A stretch of 64,000 bases of DNA from Elusimicrobiota bacterium (GTDB lineage Bacteria > Elusimicrobiota > Elusimicrobia > Elusimicrobiales > UBA9959): contig JACRER010000080.1 of the NCBI GenBank assembly GCA_016234365.1, positions 2,619-66,618 of the forward strand, read 5' to 3'. How positions within the stretch are numbered: position 1 is the first letter of the stretch; each line of letters starts with the position of its first letter. The position numbers were made by a program, and so were the translations under genes. Shown one piece after another: positions 1-11,200 of the stretch. The notes beneath the pieces are model-generated. The model searched no databases, was not told the origin of the DNA, and saw nothing but the letters and a program-made list of their open reading frames with translations.

Positions 1-215
1 AGTCCGGGTTCTCCGAGGCGGGGCCTATGGTGCAGATTATCTTGGTCCTGCGGAAAGTTTGCCGCTTAACGGGCGTAGGTGCGAGTATCATGGATATCCT
101 TATGGGCGGGCACGGGCCAGCCGGTGTTCCTTTGTATGTTGAAGATTAAAATCGGGGGAATGGATACATCACTTCCAGGACAATTATATCTTTTTCCCGG
201 GCCGGTTGTCCCGGT

Positions 216-1667
216 TCAGCCTTTCAGGACTATGAGCGGGCGCAAGCGGGCCACGCGGCGCGCCAGGCCGGCGCTGGCTACCACGCCCACCACCGCGTCC
301 ACGTCTTTGTAGGCTTCGGGCATTTCCTCGGCCAGGGTTTCGCGGCCAGAAGAGGCCACCCAGACGCCGGCTTCAAGCAGTTCTTGCGCGATGTTCCTGC
401 CGCGGGCCCGGCGGACGGCCTCGCCGCGGCTCAGCAGGCGGCCGGCGCCGTGGCAGGCCGAACCGAAAGTGTCCGTCATGGCCTTGCCCGTGCCGGCCAG
501 CACGTAGGAGCACCGGCCCATGTCGCCGGGGATTATGACCGGCTGGCCGGAGGCGGCGTAGGCGGCGGGCAACTCCGGGTGGCCGGGGCCGAAGGCGCGC
601 GTGGCGCCTTTGCGGTGGACCAGGGCCGTTAATTTCCTGCCGTTGAATTCGTGCTCTTCCAGTTTTGCTATGTTGTGGGCCACGTCGTAGACCAGGTCCA
701 GCCCCAGCGCCGCTTCGCCCAGGCCCAGCACGCGCGAGAATACTTCCCGCGTCAGGCCGGTGAGGGCCTGGCGGTTGGCCCAGGCGTAATTGGCGGCGGC
801 CTGCATGGCGCCGAAATATTCCTGCCCCTCGGTGCTGCGCAGGGGCGCCGCGGCCAGCTGGGGGTCCGCCAGGGCTATGCCGTAGCGCGCGGCCGCGGCG
901 CGCAGGGCGCCCGCGAAATCCGTGCAGACCTGGTGGCCCAGGCCGCGCGAGCCGGTGTGCAGCATTACCGTGAACTGCCCCTTGAAGAGGCCGAAGGCCC
1001 TGGCCGCCGCCTCGTCGTAAATATCGGTGACCTCCTGCACTTCCAGGAAGTGGTTGCCGGACCCCAGCGTTCCAAGCTGGTCCCGCCCCCGCTCCAGCGC
1101 GCGGCGGCTGATGGCGCCGGGGTCGGCGCCTGGCAGGGCCCCGGCGGATTCCGCCCGGTCCAGGTCCTCCGGCCGGCCCAGGCCACGCTCCACGGCCCAC
1201 GCGGCACCCTTAACGAGAGGAGCTTCCTGCGTACGCTTTTCCAGGCGCAGGCCGCCGCCGGTGCCTACGCCGGCCGGCACCGCGGAGCGCAGCGCGGCCG
1301 CGAGGACTTCTTTATGTTTTTCCAGGTCGCGCCAGGCCAGCGCTCCGGCCAACAGGCGCACGCCGCAGTTGATGTCGTAGCCCACGCCGCCGGGGGAGAT
1401 CACGCCGTCGCGCGCGTCGAAGGCGGCCACGCCGCCTATTGGAAAGCCGTAACCGGTGTGGATGTCGGGCATGGCCAGCGCCGGGCCGGCCAGGCCGGGC
1501 AAGGTGGCGATGTTGGCCGCCTGGTCCAGCGCGGCCGCTTCAAGGAATGGTTCCAGCGCCGCGTCGGCGTAGACTATAGCGGAGGTCTTCATCCCCTGCT
1601 TGTAGGAGGGGAGGATCTCCAGCCTGTTGGCGTCGAGTCGGAGGATATGCGGGGAAGTGATGTCCAT
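216..1667 (-). CDS. rtcB: RNA 3'-phosphate/5'-OH ligase RtcB
   Basis: ORF 216..1787 trimmed to the Met at 1667 (MDITSPHILRL...), which aligns with archaeal/bacterial RtcB N-termini. Motifs seen: MPDIHTGYGFPIGGVAAF, GYDINCGVR, GSGNHFLEVQ, HRKGATRAF. Confidence 0.9.
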   Translation of the reverse strand: MDITSPHILRLDANRLEILPSYKQGMKTSAIVYADAALEPFLEAAALDQAANIATLPGLAGPALAMPDIHTGYGFPIGGVAAFDARDGVISPGGVGYDINCGVRLLAGALAWRDLEKHKEVLAAALRSAVPAGVGTGGGLRLEKRTQEAPLVKGAAWAVERGLGRPEDLDRAESAGALPGADPGAISRRALERGRDQLGTLGSGNHFLEVQEVTDIYDEAAARAFGLFKGQFTVMLHTGSRGLGHQVCTDFAGALRAAAARYGIALADPQLAAAPLRSTEGQEYFGAMQAAANYAWANRQALTGLTREVFSRVLGLGEAALGLDLVYDVAHNIAKLEEHEFNGRKLTALVHRKGATRAFGPGHPELPAAYAASGQPVIIPGDMGRCSYVLAGTGKAMTDTFGSACHGAGRLLSRGEAVRRARGRNIAQELLEAGVWVASSGRETLAEEMPEAYKDVDAVVGVVASAGLARRVARLRPLIVLKG

Positions 1668-1741
1668 GAGGTAAGTGCCGGCGGAGGCCGGGGACGTTGC
1701 CCATCGAACCCATTGCGGAAGGGGGGCCCCGCCTCCGCCCG

Positions 1742-2173
1742 CTACTGCTCTGCCCAGGATTTGCCTTTGGAATCTTCGTGCGTGCAATTAACGAGGAGCG
1801 TGCCGAAAGAGGCGGACGCCGGGTCGTTGACATAAGCCCAGCCGCCCGTATCGTCTACGGCGGTCGCGGTGCTGGCCCCCACGTTCACGCGCCGGTTATC
1901 CGGGTGCGTGGTGCCGGGGAGTTTGACCACGGGCAGATTGTCTACATACTTCTTGTTGGCCGTCAGCGAGGCAAGGTCGTCCGAAGGGTAAAGGGTATTG
2001 TCGCCGTAATAGATGTTGAGCGCCGAACGCAGGGCGGTCAGGCTCCCGCGCGTAGCTCCTTCCTTGGTCCTGTCCAGCACGCCTGCGAAGCGCGTGACCG
2101 CAATGCCGGCCAGGATGCCGATAATGGCCACCACTACCATCAGTTCTATCAGGGTGAAGCCCCGCCTGTTCAT
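1742..2173 (-). CDS. type IV pilin-like / pseudopilin protein with prepilin N-terminal cleavage-methylation signal
   Basis: The N-terminus MNRRGFTLIELMVVVAIIGILAGIAV is the classic G|FTLIE prepilin peptidase site followed by a hydrophobic helix. 143 aa. Its start overlaps the stop of the upstream ankyrin gene (ATGA). Confidence 0.85.
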   Translation of the reverse strand: MNRRGFTLIELMVVVAIIGILAGIAVTRFAGVLDRTKEGATRGSLTALRSALNIYYGDNTLYPSDDLASLTANKKYVDNLPVVKLPGTTHPDNRRVNVGASTATAVDDTGGWAYVNDPASASFGTLLVNCTHEDSKGKSWAEQ

Positions 2174-2847
2174 CGTCTCCCCTTCGCCGGTTTTTCTGGA
2201 GCTTCGCCGCGGATAAAGGCGCCCAGCTCCTGGTAGCCGCTGAAGATGGCCACGTCGGCCGCGGTCTGGCCGTCTTTGTTGGTCTTAAGCGGGTTCGCTC
2301 CCAGGTCGAGCAGCTTTTTTACCGTCTCGGTGCGGCCGCGGTTGGCCGCCATCATGAGCGCGGTGTTGCCGTTGGTGTCCCGGAATTCGATGTTCGCCCC
2401 GCCTTCCGCCAGGGCCTGCACCACCTCGGTGCGGCCCTGCATGGCGGCCCACATCATGGGAGTCCAGCCCAGGCGGTCCAGCGCCTCGGTGCGGGCGCCG
2501 GAGGCTATGAGGAATTTTATGGTATCGAGGCGGCTCCAGCGCGCCGCGATGTGCAGCGAGGTCTCGCCCTTGCTGTTGCGGGTCTCCGTTTTGCCGCCGC
2601 GCGAGATCAGCAGCTGCAGGATGTCTACGTTGTCCTTGGCGGAGGCCCACATTACCGGCGTCCAGCCGGCTTCGTCCGTTATGTTAGGGTCCACGCCGGC
2701 GTCCAGCATCTTGCGCATGCTGCGCACATAGCCGTTCTTGGCGCACTTGAACATTCGTTCCTGCGTCGAGCCAAGGGGAATTTCGCACCCCGCCGCCAGT
2801 ACCGAGGCGGCGAACAGGGCCGATAGGATGAGTTTTCCCCGTGACAT
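2170..2847 (-). CDS. ankyrin-repeat lipoprotein
   Basis: ORF 2170..3087 trimmed to the Met at 2847 (MSRGKLILSALFAASVLAAGC, a lipobox-like AAGC). It carries about 5 ankyrin repeats (GWTPVMWASAKDNVDILQLLISRGG, GETSLHIAARWSRLDTIKFLIASGA, GWTPMMWAAMQGRTEVVQALAEGGA, GNTALMMAANRGRTETVKKLLDLGA). Confidence 0.8.
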   Translation of the reverse strand: MSRGKLILSALFAASVLAAGCEIPLGSTQERMFKCAKNGYVRSMRKMLDAGVDPNITDEAGWTPVMWASAKDNVDILQLLISRGGKTETRNSKGETSLHIAARWSRLDTIKFLIASGARTEALDRLGWTPMMWAAMQGRTEVVQALAEGGANIEFRDTNGNTALMMAANRGRTETVKKLLDLGANPLKTNKDGQTAADVAIFSGYQELGAFIRGEAPEKPAKGRR

Positions 2848-2888
2848 CCTAGGAAATATATAAATAATGGCGCGGTTTAACAATAGGG

Positions 2889-4505
2889 TCAGACCTTGCT
2901 GAAGAAATCCCCGCCCTTGTCGTCCACCAGGATGAAGGCCGGGAAATCCTCCACGTCTATGGCCCAGACGGCTTCCATGCCCAGTTCCGGGTAGTCCAGC
3001 GTCTCCACCTTCTTTATGTTGCGCTCGGCCAGCAGCGCGGCCGGGCCGCCGGGCGAGCCCAGGTAGAAGCCGCCGTACTTCCTGCACGCGTCGGTGACGG
3101 CCTTCGAGCGGTTGCCCTTGGCTATCATCACGAGCGACGCCCCGTGCGACTGCAGCAGGTCCACGTAGGAATCCATGCGCCCCGCGGTAGTGGGGCCGAA
3201 AGAGCCGGAAGGCTTGCCTTTGGGCTGCTTGGCCGGCCCGGCGTAATAGACGGGGTGCTTTTTAAGGTACTCCGGCAGCGGCTTGCCGGCGTCCAGCAGC
3301 TCTTTGAATTTGGCGTGGGCCAGGTCGCGCGCCACTACGATGCGGCCGTTCAGCGCGAGGCGGGTGCCGATGGGGTGTTTTGAAAGCTGCGCCTGGATCT
3401 CTTTCATGGGCTGATTAAGGTCCACGCTCACGCAGCTGGAGCAGGAGGAAAATTTAGCCCGGATCTCTTTGGGGATCAGGCTGCCAGGCTCGCGGTCCAG
3501 TTCTTCCAGCCACAGCCCATCGCGGTCAATGCGGGCCCTCGCGTTGCGGTCGGCCGAGCAGGAGACGCCCATGCCTATGGGCGCGGACGCGCCGTGGCGC
3601 GGCAGGCGCACCACGCGCACGTCGTGCGCGAAATATTTGCCTCCGAACTGGGCGCCGTAGCCGATCTTGCGCGAAGCTTCCAGCAGTTCCGCTTCCAGTT
3701 TTTTGTCGCGGAAGGCGCGGCCGGTGTCGCCGGGGTCTCCTGGCAGGCCGTCGAGGTAGCCGGTGCTGGCCAGCTTCAGGGTCTTCAGGCACATCTCTGC
3801 GGAGGTGCCGCCGATGACGAAGGCTATGTGGTAGGGCGGGCAGGCCGCGGTGCCCAGGGACTTCATCTTCTCCACCAGGAACGGCTTCAGCTTATCCGGA
3901 GCCAGCGTGGCTTTGGTTTCCTGGAACAGCATGGTTTTGTTGGCCGAGCCGCCGCCCTTGGTCACGAAGAGGAACTCGTAGGCCATGCCGGGCTTGGCGT
4001 AGATGTCTATCTGCGCGGGCAGGTTGTTGCCGGAGTTCTTTTCCCGGTACATGTCCACGGCCAGCGTCTGCGAATAGCGCAGGTTCTCGCCGGTGTAGGC
4101 TTCCCAGACGCCTTTCGAAATGGCTTCTTCGTCGTCGTAGCGCGTCCAGACCTGTTCGCCCTTCTTGGCTACTATGGTGGCGGTGCCGGTGTCCTGGCAG
4201 AAAGGCAGTTCGAAATTGGCGGAGATGGCGGCGTTCTCCAGCATGCAGTACGCCACGAACTTGTCGTTCTCGGAGGCCTCTGGGTCCTTGAAGATGGCGG
4301 CTACCTGCTCGTTGTGCGCGCGGCGCAGCAGGAAGGAGATGTCGCGTGCGGCCTCGCGGGCGAGGCGCGTCAGCGCTTCGGGGGAAACCTCCAGGATCTC
4401 GCGGCCGCCGTCGCGCGACACCACGACGCCTTCCTTGGAGACGAGGCGGAACTTGGCCTTGCTCTTGGCCAACTGGAACATTTCCGTATAGTTGAATTCA
4501 GGCAT
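2889..4505 (-). CDS. fumA: class I (Fe-S dependent) fumarate hydratase, fused alpha/beta type
   Basis: ORF trimmed to [10 protein letters not shown] at 4505, with an AAGGAG Shine-Dalgarno 6 nt upstream. Motifs seen: [31 protein letters not shown]. 538 aa. Confidence 0.88.
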   Translation of the reverse strand: MPEFNYTEMFQLAKSKAKFRLVSKEGVVVSRDGGREILEVSPEALTRLAREAARDISFLLRRAHNEQVAAIFKDPEASENDKFVAYCMLENAAISANFELPFCQDTGTATIVAKKGEQVWTRYDDEEAISKGVWEAYTGENLRYSQTLAVDMYREKNSGNNLPAQIDIYAKPGMAYEFLFVTKGGGSANKTMLFQETKATLAPDKLKPFLVEKMKSLGTAACPPYHIAFVIGGTSAEMCLKTLKLASTGYLDGLPGDPGDTGRAFRDKKLEAELLEASRKIGYGAQFGGKYFAHDVRVVRLPRHGASAPIGMGVSCSADRNARARIDRDGLWLEELDREPGSLIPKEIRAKFSSCSSCVSVDLNQPMKEIQAQLSKHPIGTRLALNGRIVVARDLAHAKFKELLDAGKPLPEYLKKHPVYYAGPAKQPKGKPSGSFGPTTAGRMDSYVDLLQSHGASLVMIAKGNRSKAVTDACRKYGGFYLGSPGGPAALLAERNIKKVETLDYPELGMEAVWAIDVEDFPAFILVDDKGGDFFSKV

Positions 4506-4523
4506 AGTAAGCTCCTTGGCGGC

Positions 4524-4649
4524 CGCCGCAGGGGGAAGGGTTTTCAAAACCAGCGTCGCGCACACCGTGCGCGCGCTTCCTGCCTCGGCCCTCGCGCTTA
4601 CGTAAGCTCGGGCCTCCGGATGGTTTTTAAAACCCTTCCCCCCGCGGCG
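4524..4649 (-). repeat. intergenic structured element, copy 1: 29-bp imperfect stem enclosing a conserved ~58-nt core
   Basis: 4524-4552 (cgccgcagggggaagggttttcaaaacca) pairs with 4621-4649 at 27 of 29 positions by hand count. The core at 4557-4614 is the reverse complement of the core at 43965-44022. It lies between the sdhB stop and the fumarase start. Confidence 0.7.
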
Positions 4650-4661
4650 ACCTTGGGCCCG

Positions 4662-5486
4662 CTACGCTTCTTCCGGCGTGTCGGGCGTAGAGATCAGGTG
4701 CGCCGGCTGGGCCTTGGGCTCGGTCTTGGCGAACAGGTTGGCCAGCAGGAACTCGCGGTTCATGCGGGCGATGTTGGCCACCTTCACTTCCTTCGGGCAG
4801 ACCGCTTCGCACTCGTACTCGTTGGTGCAGTTGCCGAAACCCTGCTTGTCCATCACCGCCACCATGTTCAGCGCGCGCACGTGCCGCTCGGGCGCGCCCT
4901 GCGGCAGCAGCGCCAGCTGCGAGATCTTGGCGCCGGTGAAGAGCATGGCCGCGCCGTTGGGGCACGACGCCACGCACGCGCCGCAGCCTATGCAGGCCGC
5001 CGCGTCCATCGCCTCTTCGGCGTCTTCTTTCTTTATGGGGGTGGCGTTGGCGTCCTGCGCCGCGCCGGTGTTAACGGAGATAAAGCCGCCGGCCGCGATG
5101 ATGCGGTCCAGCGACGAGCGGTCCACGGCCAGGTCCTTGAGCACCGGGAAAGCCTTCACGCGCCACGGCTCCACCGTTATCACGTCCCCGTCGCGGAAGC
5201 GACGCATATGCAGCTGGCACACCGTGGAGTGCTCGTCCGGGCCGTGCACGTCGCCGTTCACCACCAGGCCGCAGCTGCCGCAGATGCCCTCGCGGCAGTC
5301 GCTTTCGAAGGCGATAGGGCTGCCGCCTTTTTTGAGCAGGTCGTCGTTGAGGATGTCCAGCATCTCAAGGAACGACATGTCCGGGGACACGTCCTTGACC
5401 TTGTAGGAGACCATCTTGCCGGGCTCTGCAGGGCCGGCCTGGCGCCAGACGCGCACGGTAACCGTGAAGTGTTTAGAGCTGGTCAT
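4662..5486 (-). CDS. sdhB: succinate dehydrogenase / fumarate reductase iron-sulfur subunit
   Basis: A 2Fe-2S cysteine cluster (CREGICGSCG) and two ferredoxin-type clusters (CIGCGACVASCP, CTNEYECEAVCP). It sits directly downstream of the flavoprotein subunit. Confidence 0.92.
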   Translation of the reverse strand: MTSSKHFTVTVRVWRQAGPAEPGKMVSYKVKDVSPDMSFLEMLDILNDDLLKKGGSPIAFESDCREGICGSCGLVVNGDVHGPDEHSTVCQLHMRRFRDGDVITVEPWRVKAFPVLKDLAVDRSSLDRIIAAGGFISVNTGAAQDANATPIKKEDAEEAMDAAACIGCGACVASCPNGAAMLFTGAKISQLALLPQGAPERHVRALNMVAVMDKQGFGNCTNEYECEAVCPKEVKVANIARMNREFLLANLFAKTEPKAQPAHLISTPDTPEEA

Positions 5487-5487
5487 G

Positions 5488-7401
<1,914 letters not shown>

Positions 7402-7423
7402 GTTTCCTCCGGATCCGTTAAAT

Positions 7424-8107
7424 TCAGTTTATCACTACCATCTGGCCGCCGGCTTCGGCGGCTTTAAGGTCCACGCCGGCCAGGAAGTACAGCGAGATCA
7501 GCGCGAAGCCTATCATCAGTACGGCCACGGCCAGGCCGCCCAGCTTTATGAGCGGGGTGTACTTGGGGTGGCTCAGGCCCAGCGTCTGGAAGGCGCTCTG
7601 CATGCCGTGGCTGAGGTGCAGCGCCAGCGCCGCGGCGCCGGCGATGTAGACCGCGGTGAAGACCGGCGCGCGGAAGGCGCCGGTGACCATCTGGTAGAAG
7701 CCCATGGAATGGTCCACGAAACGGAACGTCAGCATGTGGTAGACAAGATAGGCCAGGATGGCCGCGGCGGTGTAGAGCATGGTGGCCGAGCCTATGGTGC
7801 GGCCGCCCTGCCACTTGCGCGCCTCGTAGCCGCGCGGCGCGTTGAGGAAGTCTTCCACGCGTACCCAGACCCCGGCCGCGATATGCGCCAGGAAGACGGC
7901 CAGCAGCCCGACTTCCAGGAACGGGGTGACCGGGTTGGAGAGCAGCAGGTCCACCCAGCCGTTGTAGGCGGCCTCGCCCTTGAACAGCAGCAGGTTCTCG
8001 GCGAGGTGAACCAGCATGAAGCCTCCCAGCATGAGGCCCGAGGCGGCCATCACGGCCTTGCGGCCTATGGAGGTGGTCACGAAGCGTTTGAGGAAAGTAA
8101 TATCCAT
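7424..8107 (-). CDS. sdhC: succinate dehydrogenase cytochrome b subunit (single-subunit b558-type anchor)
   Basis: A 227-aa polytopic membrane protein with about five hydrophobic helices and conserved His residues. It is the first gene of the sdhCAB array, as in Bacillus/Wolinella-type enzymes. Confidence 0.8.
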   Translation of the reverse strand: MDITFLKRFVTTSIGRKAVMAASGLMLGGFMLVHLAENLLLFKGEAAYNGWVDLLLSNPVTPFLEVGLLAVFLAHIAAGVWVRVEDFLNAPRGYEARKWQGGRTIGSATMLYTAAAILAYLVYHMLTFRFVDHSMGFYQMVTGAFRAPVFTAVYIAGAAALALHLSHGMQSAFQTLGLSHPKYTPLIKLGGLAVAVLMIGFALISLYFLAGVDLKAAEAGGQMVVIN

Positions 8108-8283
8108 AAAATACAGAACTCCTGATATTCGCGAATAAATTGTATCCTAAAACATTAAAGGGCCTGGCGGCAAGGCCGATTTGCTTAACCGCGTTATTAG
8201 ATAAAATAATATCCGCAGGCCTGCCCGCCCGGTCGGGAAATTTAATAGAATAGGAATACGTTAATACACAGGGGAGGAAGTAC

Positions 8284-11200
8284 ATGAAGCGCCATTTCCT
8301 GATCTCAGCCGCATTTTTCCTGCTGGCCGGTTCCGCGGCCGCCTACGAGAAGATAGAGTTCAAGGCCCAGTTCCTCAGCGCGGCTTTCCTTAAGCCCGCC
8401 GCGGTGGCCGTGGACTCCGGCAAAACCTTCGTGGCTGACTCCAAGGCTAACGCGATCTTCGTTTTCGACGAGACCGGCAAGCAGCTGAAAAAGATAGAGG
8501 GCGCCCTGAAGGGCCCCGAGGCGCTGGCCTTCGGCGGCGGCCGGCTTTACGTGGCCGATACGGGTAATTCCCGCATAGTGGTCTTCGACCCGGACGGCAA
8601 GTTCCTGTGGGCTTTCTCCGGAGACGGCTCCGCCCCCGGCCAGCTTGACGCGCCGCGCGGCCTGGCCTACGGGCCGGACAGCCGGCTTTACGTCTCCAAT
8701 ACCGGCAATTCCCGCGTGGACGTCTTTAATTCTGACGGTATTTACCTTTACGGCTTCGCCGCGGCCAAGACCGACGGCATTACCAAGCTCAACCCGGCCA
8801 AGCTCTCCCTGAACCAGGCCGGGGACATCTTTGTGTCCGATCCCGACAAGGCCCTGCTGCAGAAGTACGACAGGACGGGGAAACTCCTTAAAGAGTACCA
8901 GCTGCCCAACGACGGGGCGGTGGCCGATAAACGCGGCCAGCTTTATATCATCAATTCCCGCGAGGGGAAGGTGAGCGAGTACACCGATGGCGGCGAGAAA
9001 GTGGGGACTTTCGGCACCAAGGGCAAAGGGAAGATGGAGTTCAAGAACCTGCGCGACATCGCCATAGACGGCGCGGGCAACCTCTACCTGTGCGACGACG
9101 AGAACAAAAAGGTGGTGGCGATAAACCTGGAGAGCGCCGAAACCGGCCCCGAGCTGCCCCTGGCTTCCATCCTGGACCGCTTTACCGTAAAGGGCCCGGT
9201 GGCCAAGGCCGCGTTCAAGGCCGACGTCTTTGCGGTCACGCCCGAGGGCAAGATAGTGGCTTATATGCCCGAGGCCAAAGAAATAGTCCTGATAGAGAAC
9301 GGCACCAAGAAAACCCTGGTGCGCGAAGGCAAACTGCAGGGGCAGGTGCGCGCGCCCAAGGGGATCTTTATAGACCCCAAGGGCCTCATCTACGTGGCGG
9401 ACACCGGCAACGACCGCGTGCAGATCTTCAACGCCGACGGCACTTATAACAACATGTTCGGCGAGAGCGGTTCCGGCGACGGGCAGTTCAAGTCCCCGTC
9501 CGCCGTGGCCGTCAACGCCAAGGGCAATATTTACGTGGCGGACACCCGCAACCGCAAGGTCAAGGCCTTCAGCCCGGACGGCATCTTCCTGTTCGCCGTC
9601 GGCCCCGAGGTGGGCAACCTGATCCTCTCCAACCCGGTGTCCGTGCGCTGCGACGAGAACAAGAACGTCTATGTGCTGGATTCCGCGCTGAAGAAGGTGG
9701 TGGTGCTGGACTCCATGGGCAAGTTCCTGCGCATCTGGGACGATTCCGGCGCCCTGCAGGACCCGGCCTCCCTGACCTACGATAATAAGGGGTTCTTCTA
9801 CATCCTGGACCGCGGCACGTTCAACGTCAAGATCTTCGACGCCGACGGCCGGTTCACCGCTTCCTTCTTCGCCAAGGGCCGCGGCGAGCGCGAGCTGTGG
9901 GCCCCGCAGTACATGGCCTTCCGCAACGACAAGATCTATATCTCCGACATGGAGAACGCGCGCATCCTGGGTTTCGACATCAGCTACCTGCCGGAGGAGC
10001 CTTTTGACCTGAAGGGCACCGCCCTGGAGAACAGCGTGAAGCTTTTCTGGAAGGCCAAGGCCAATGCCTGGACCAACGGCTCCAAGATCTACCGCCGCAA
10101 AGGGCTGGACGGGGAACTTGTGGAGGTCGGCGCGCCCAAGGAGAAAACTTTCGAGGACACCTCCCTGACCCCGGACGCCACCTATTACTACTATGCCGCC
10201 GGCCTGAGCGTGACCGGAGTGCGGGGCGGGCTGTCCGCCCCGTTCGAGGTCTATTACAAAGGCCCCGAGGCCGCTGCCGCCGCGCCCGAGGCCGTAGTGG
10301 ACAACAAGAACGTGGCGCCCATGGAGATAGTGGCGCCGGAGCTCAACTACATCTTCTCGGCCAACTACAAGTATTACCAGAAGAACCCGGTGGGCAAGAT
10401 AGCCGTTAAGAATAACACCGACAGCGATTTCTCCAACGTCAAGCTGTCCTTCTTCTTCAAGGACTTCATGGACTTCCCGAGCGACACCGTGGTGCCGCTG
10501 GTGAAGGCCCGTTCCCAGGCCGACGTGGACCTGTCCGCCACGCTCAACAACCGCGTGCTCAGCATCACCGAGGACACGCCGATACAGTGCCAGCTGACCC
10601 TGACCTATTACCAGGACGGAGCGGAGAAAACTTTCACCCTTAACAAGCCGGTGAAGGTGCTGTCCAAGAACGCCATAGTCTGGGACAAGCCCCAGCGCCT
10701 GGCCAACTTCATCACGCCCAAGGATACGCCCGTCTTCGGTTTCAGCCGGTTCGCGCTGAACGAGAAAGGCAAGTTCGAGGATGAGACGGAATTCCTCAAC
10801 GGCGACACGCTGACCGCGCTGATGGTGTGGGAAGCGCTCGGCGAACATGGCCTGAGCTACCTGTCCGACCCGGTCAGCCCGTACGCGGTGCTGAAGTCTT
10901 CCAGGGAAGTGGTGCTGGACACCGTGCAGTTCCCGCGCAGCACGCTGAAGCTGCGCAGCGGCGACTGCGACGACCTGACCGCGCTGTTCGCGTCCATCCT
11001 GGAGGCTTCCGGCGTGAAGACCGCCCTGCTGGACTACCCGGCGCACATCGCGCTGATGTTCGACACCGGCGCCACCGACGCGCGCGAGGTGGGCATCCCC
11101 GAAGAGTACCTGATAAAGTACAACAATACCTGGTGGGTGGGCCTGGAGACCACGATGGTGGGCAAGGACTTCTATGAAGCGGTCAAGCACGAGGCCGACC

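Noticed and set aside
1-215. Non-coding left edge starting with AGTCCGGG, which recalls the RNase P RNA P4 strand, and containing GGTCCTGCGGAAAG, which is faintly SRP-RNA-like. The ORF at 79..312(+) also lies here.
   Set aside because: The downstream sequence does not follow the RNase P consensus (no ...CCAUAGGGCAGGGUGCCAGGUAAC-like continuation). There is not enough room before rtcB for the rest of such an RNA. The SRP-like match is only a few bases. The 77-aa ORF overlaps the rtcB 3' end and has no motif. I leave the region unannotated.
1689-1720. A solitary GGGGACGTT head in the rtcB-pilin spacer, followed by cccatcgaacccatt (a loose direct repeat). It resembles the REP architecture.
   Set aside because: It is a single copy with no inverted partner nearby. 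The tail repeat is weak. A 9-nt match can occur by chance in GC-rich DNA. It is worth including in a genome-wide REP census but is not called here.
8305-11190. Very long antisense ORFs on the opposite strand of recognised genes. Examples: 8305..11190(-), 651..1835(+), 3594..5516(+), 5416..7467(+), 15638..18304(-), 25841..28420(+), 40430..42130(+), 47492..49531(+), 55598..57025(+).
   Set aside because: Their translations are Arg/Gly/Ala/His/Val-rich low-information sequence with no motifs. Each one fully overlaps a gene with clear family signatures. This is the expected shadow-ORF artefact of a GC-rich genome with GC-skewed third codon positions.
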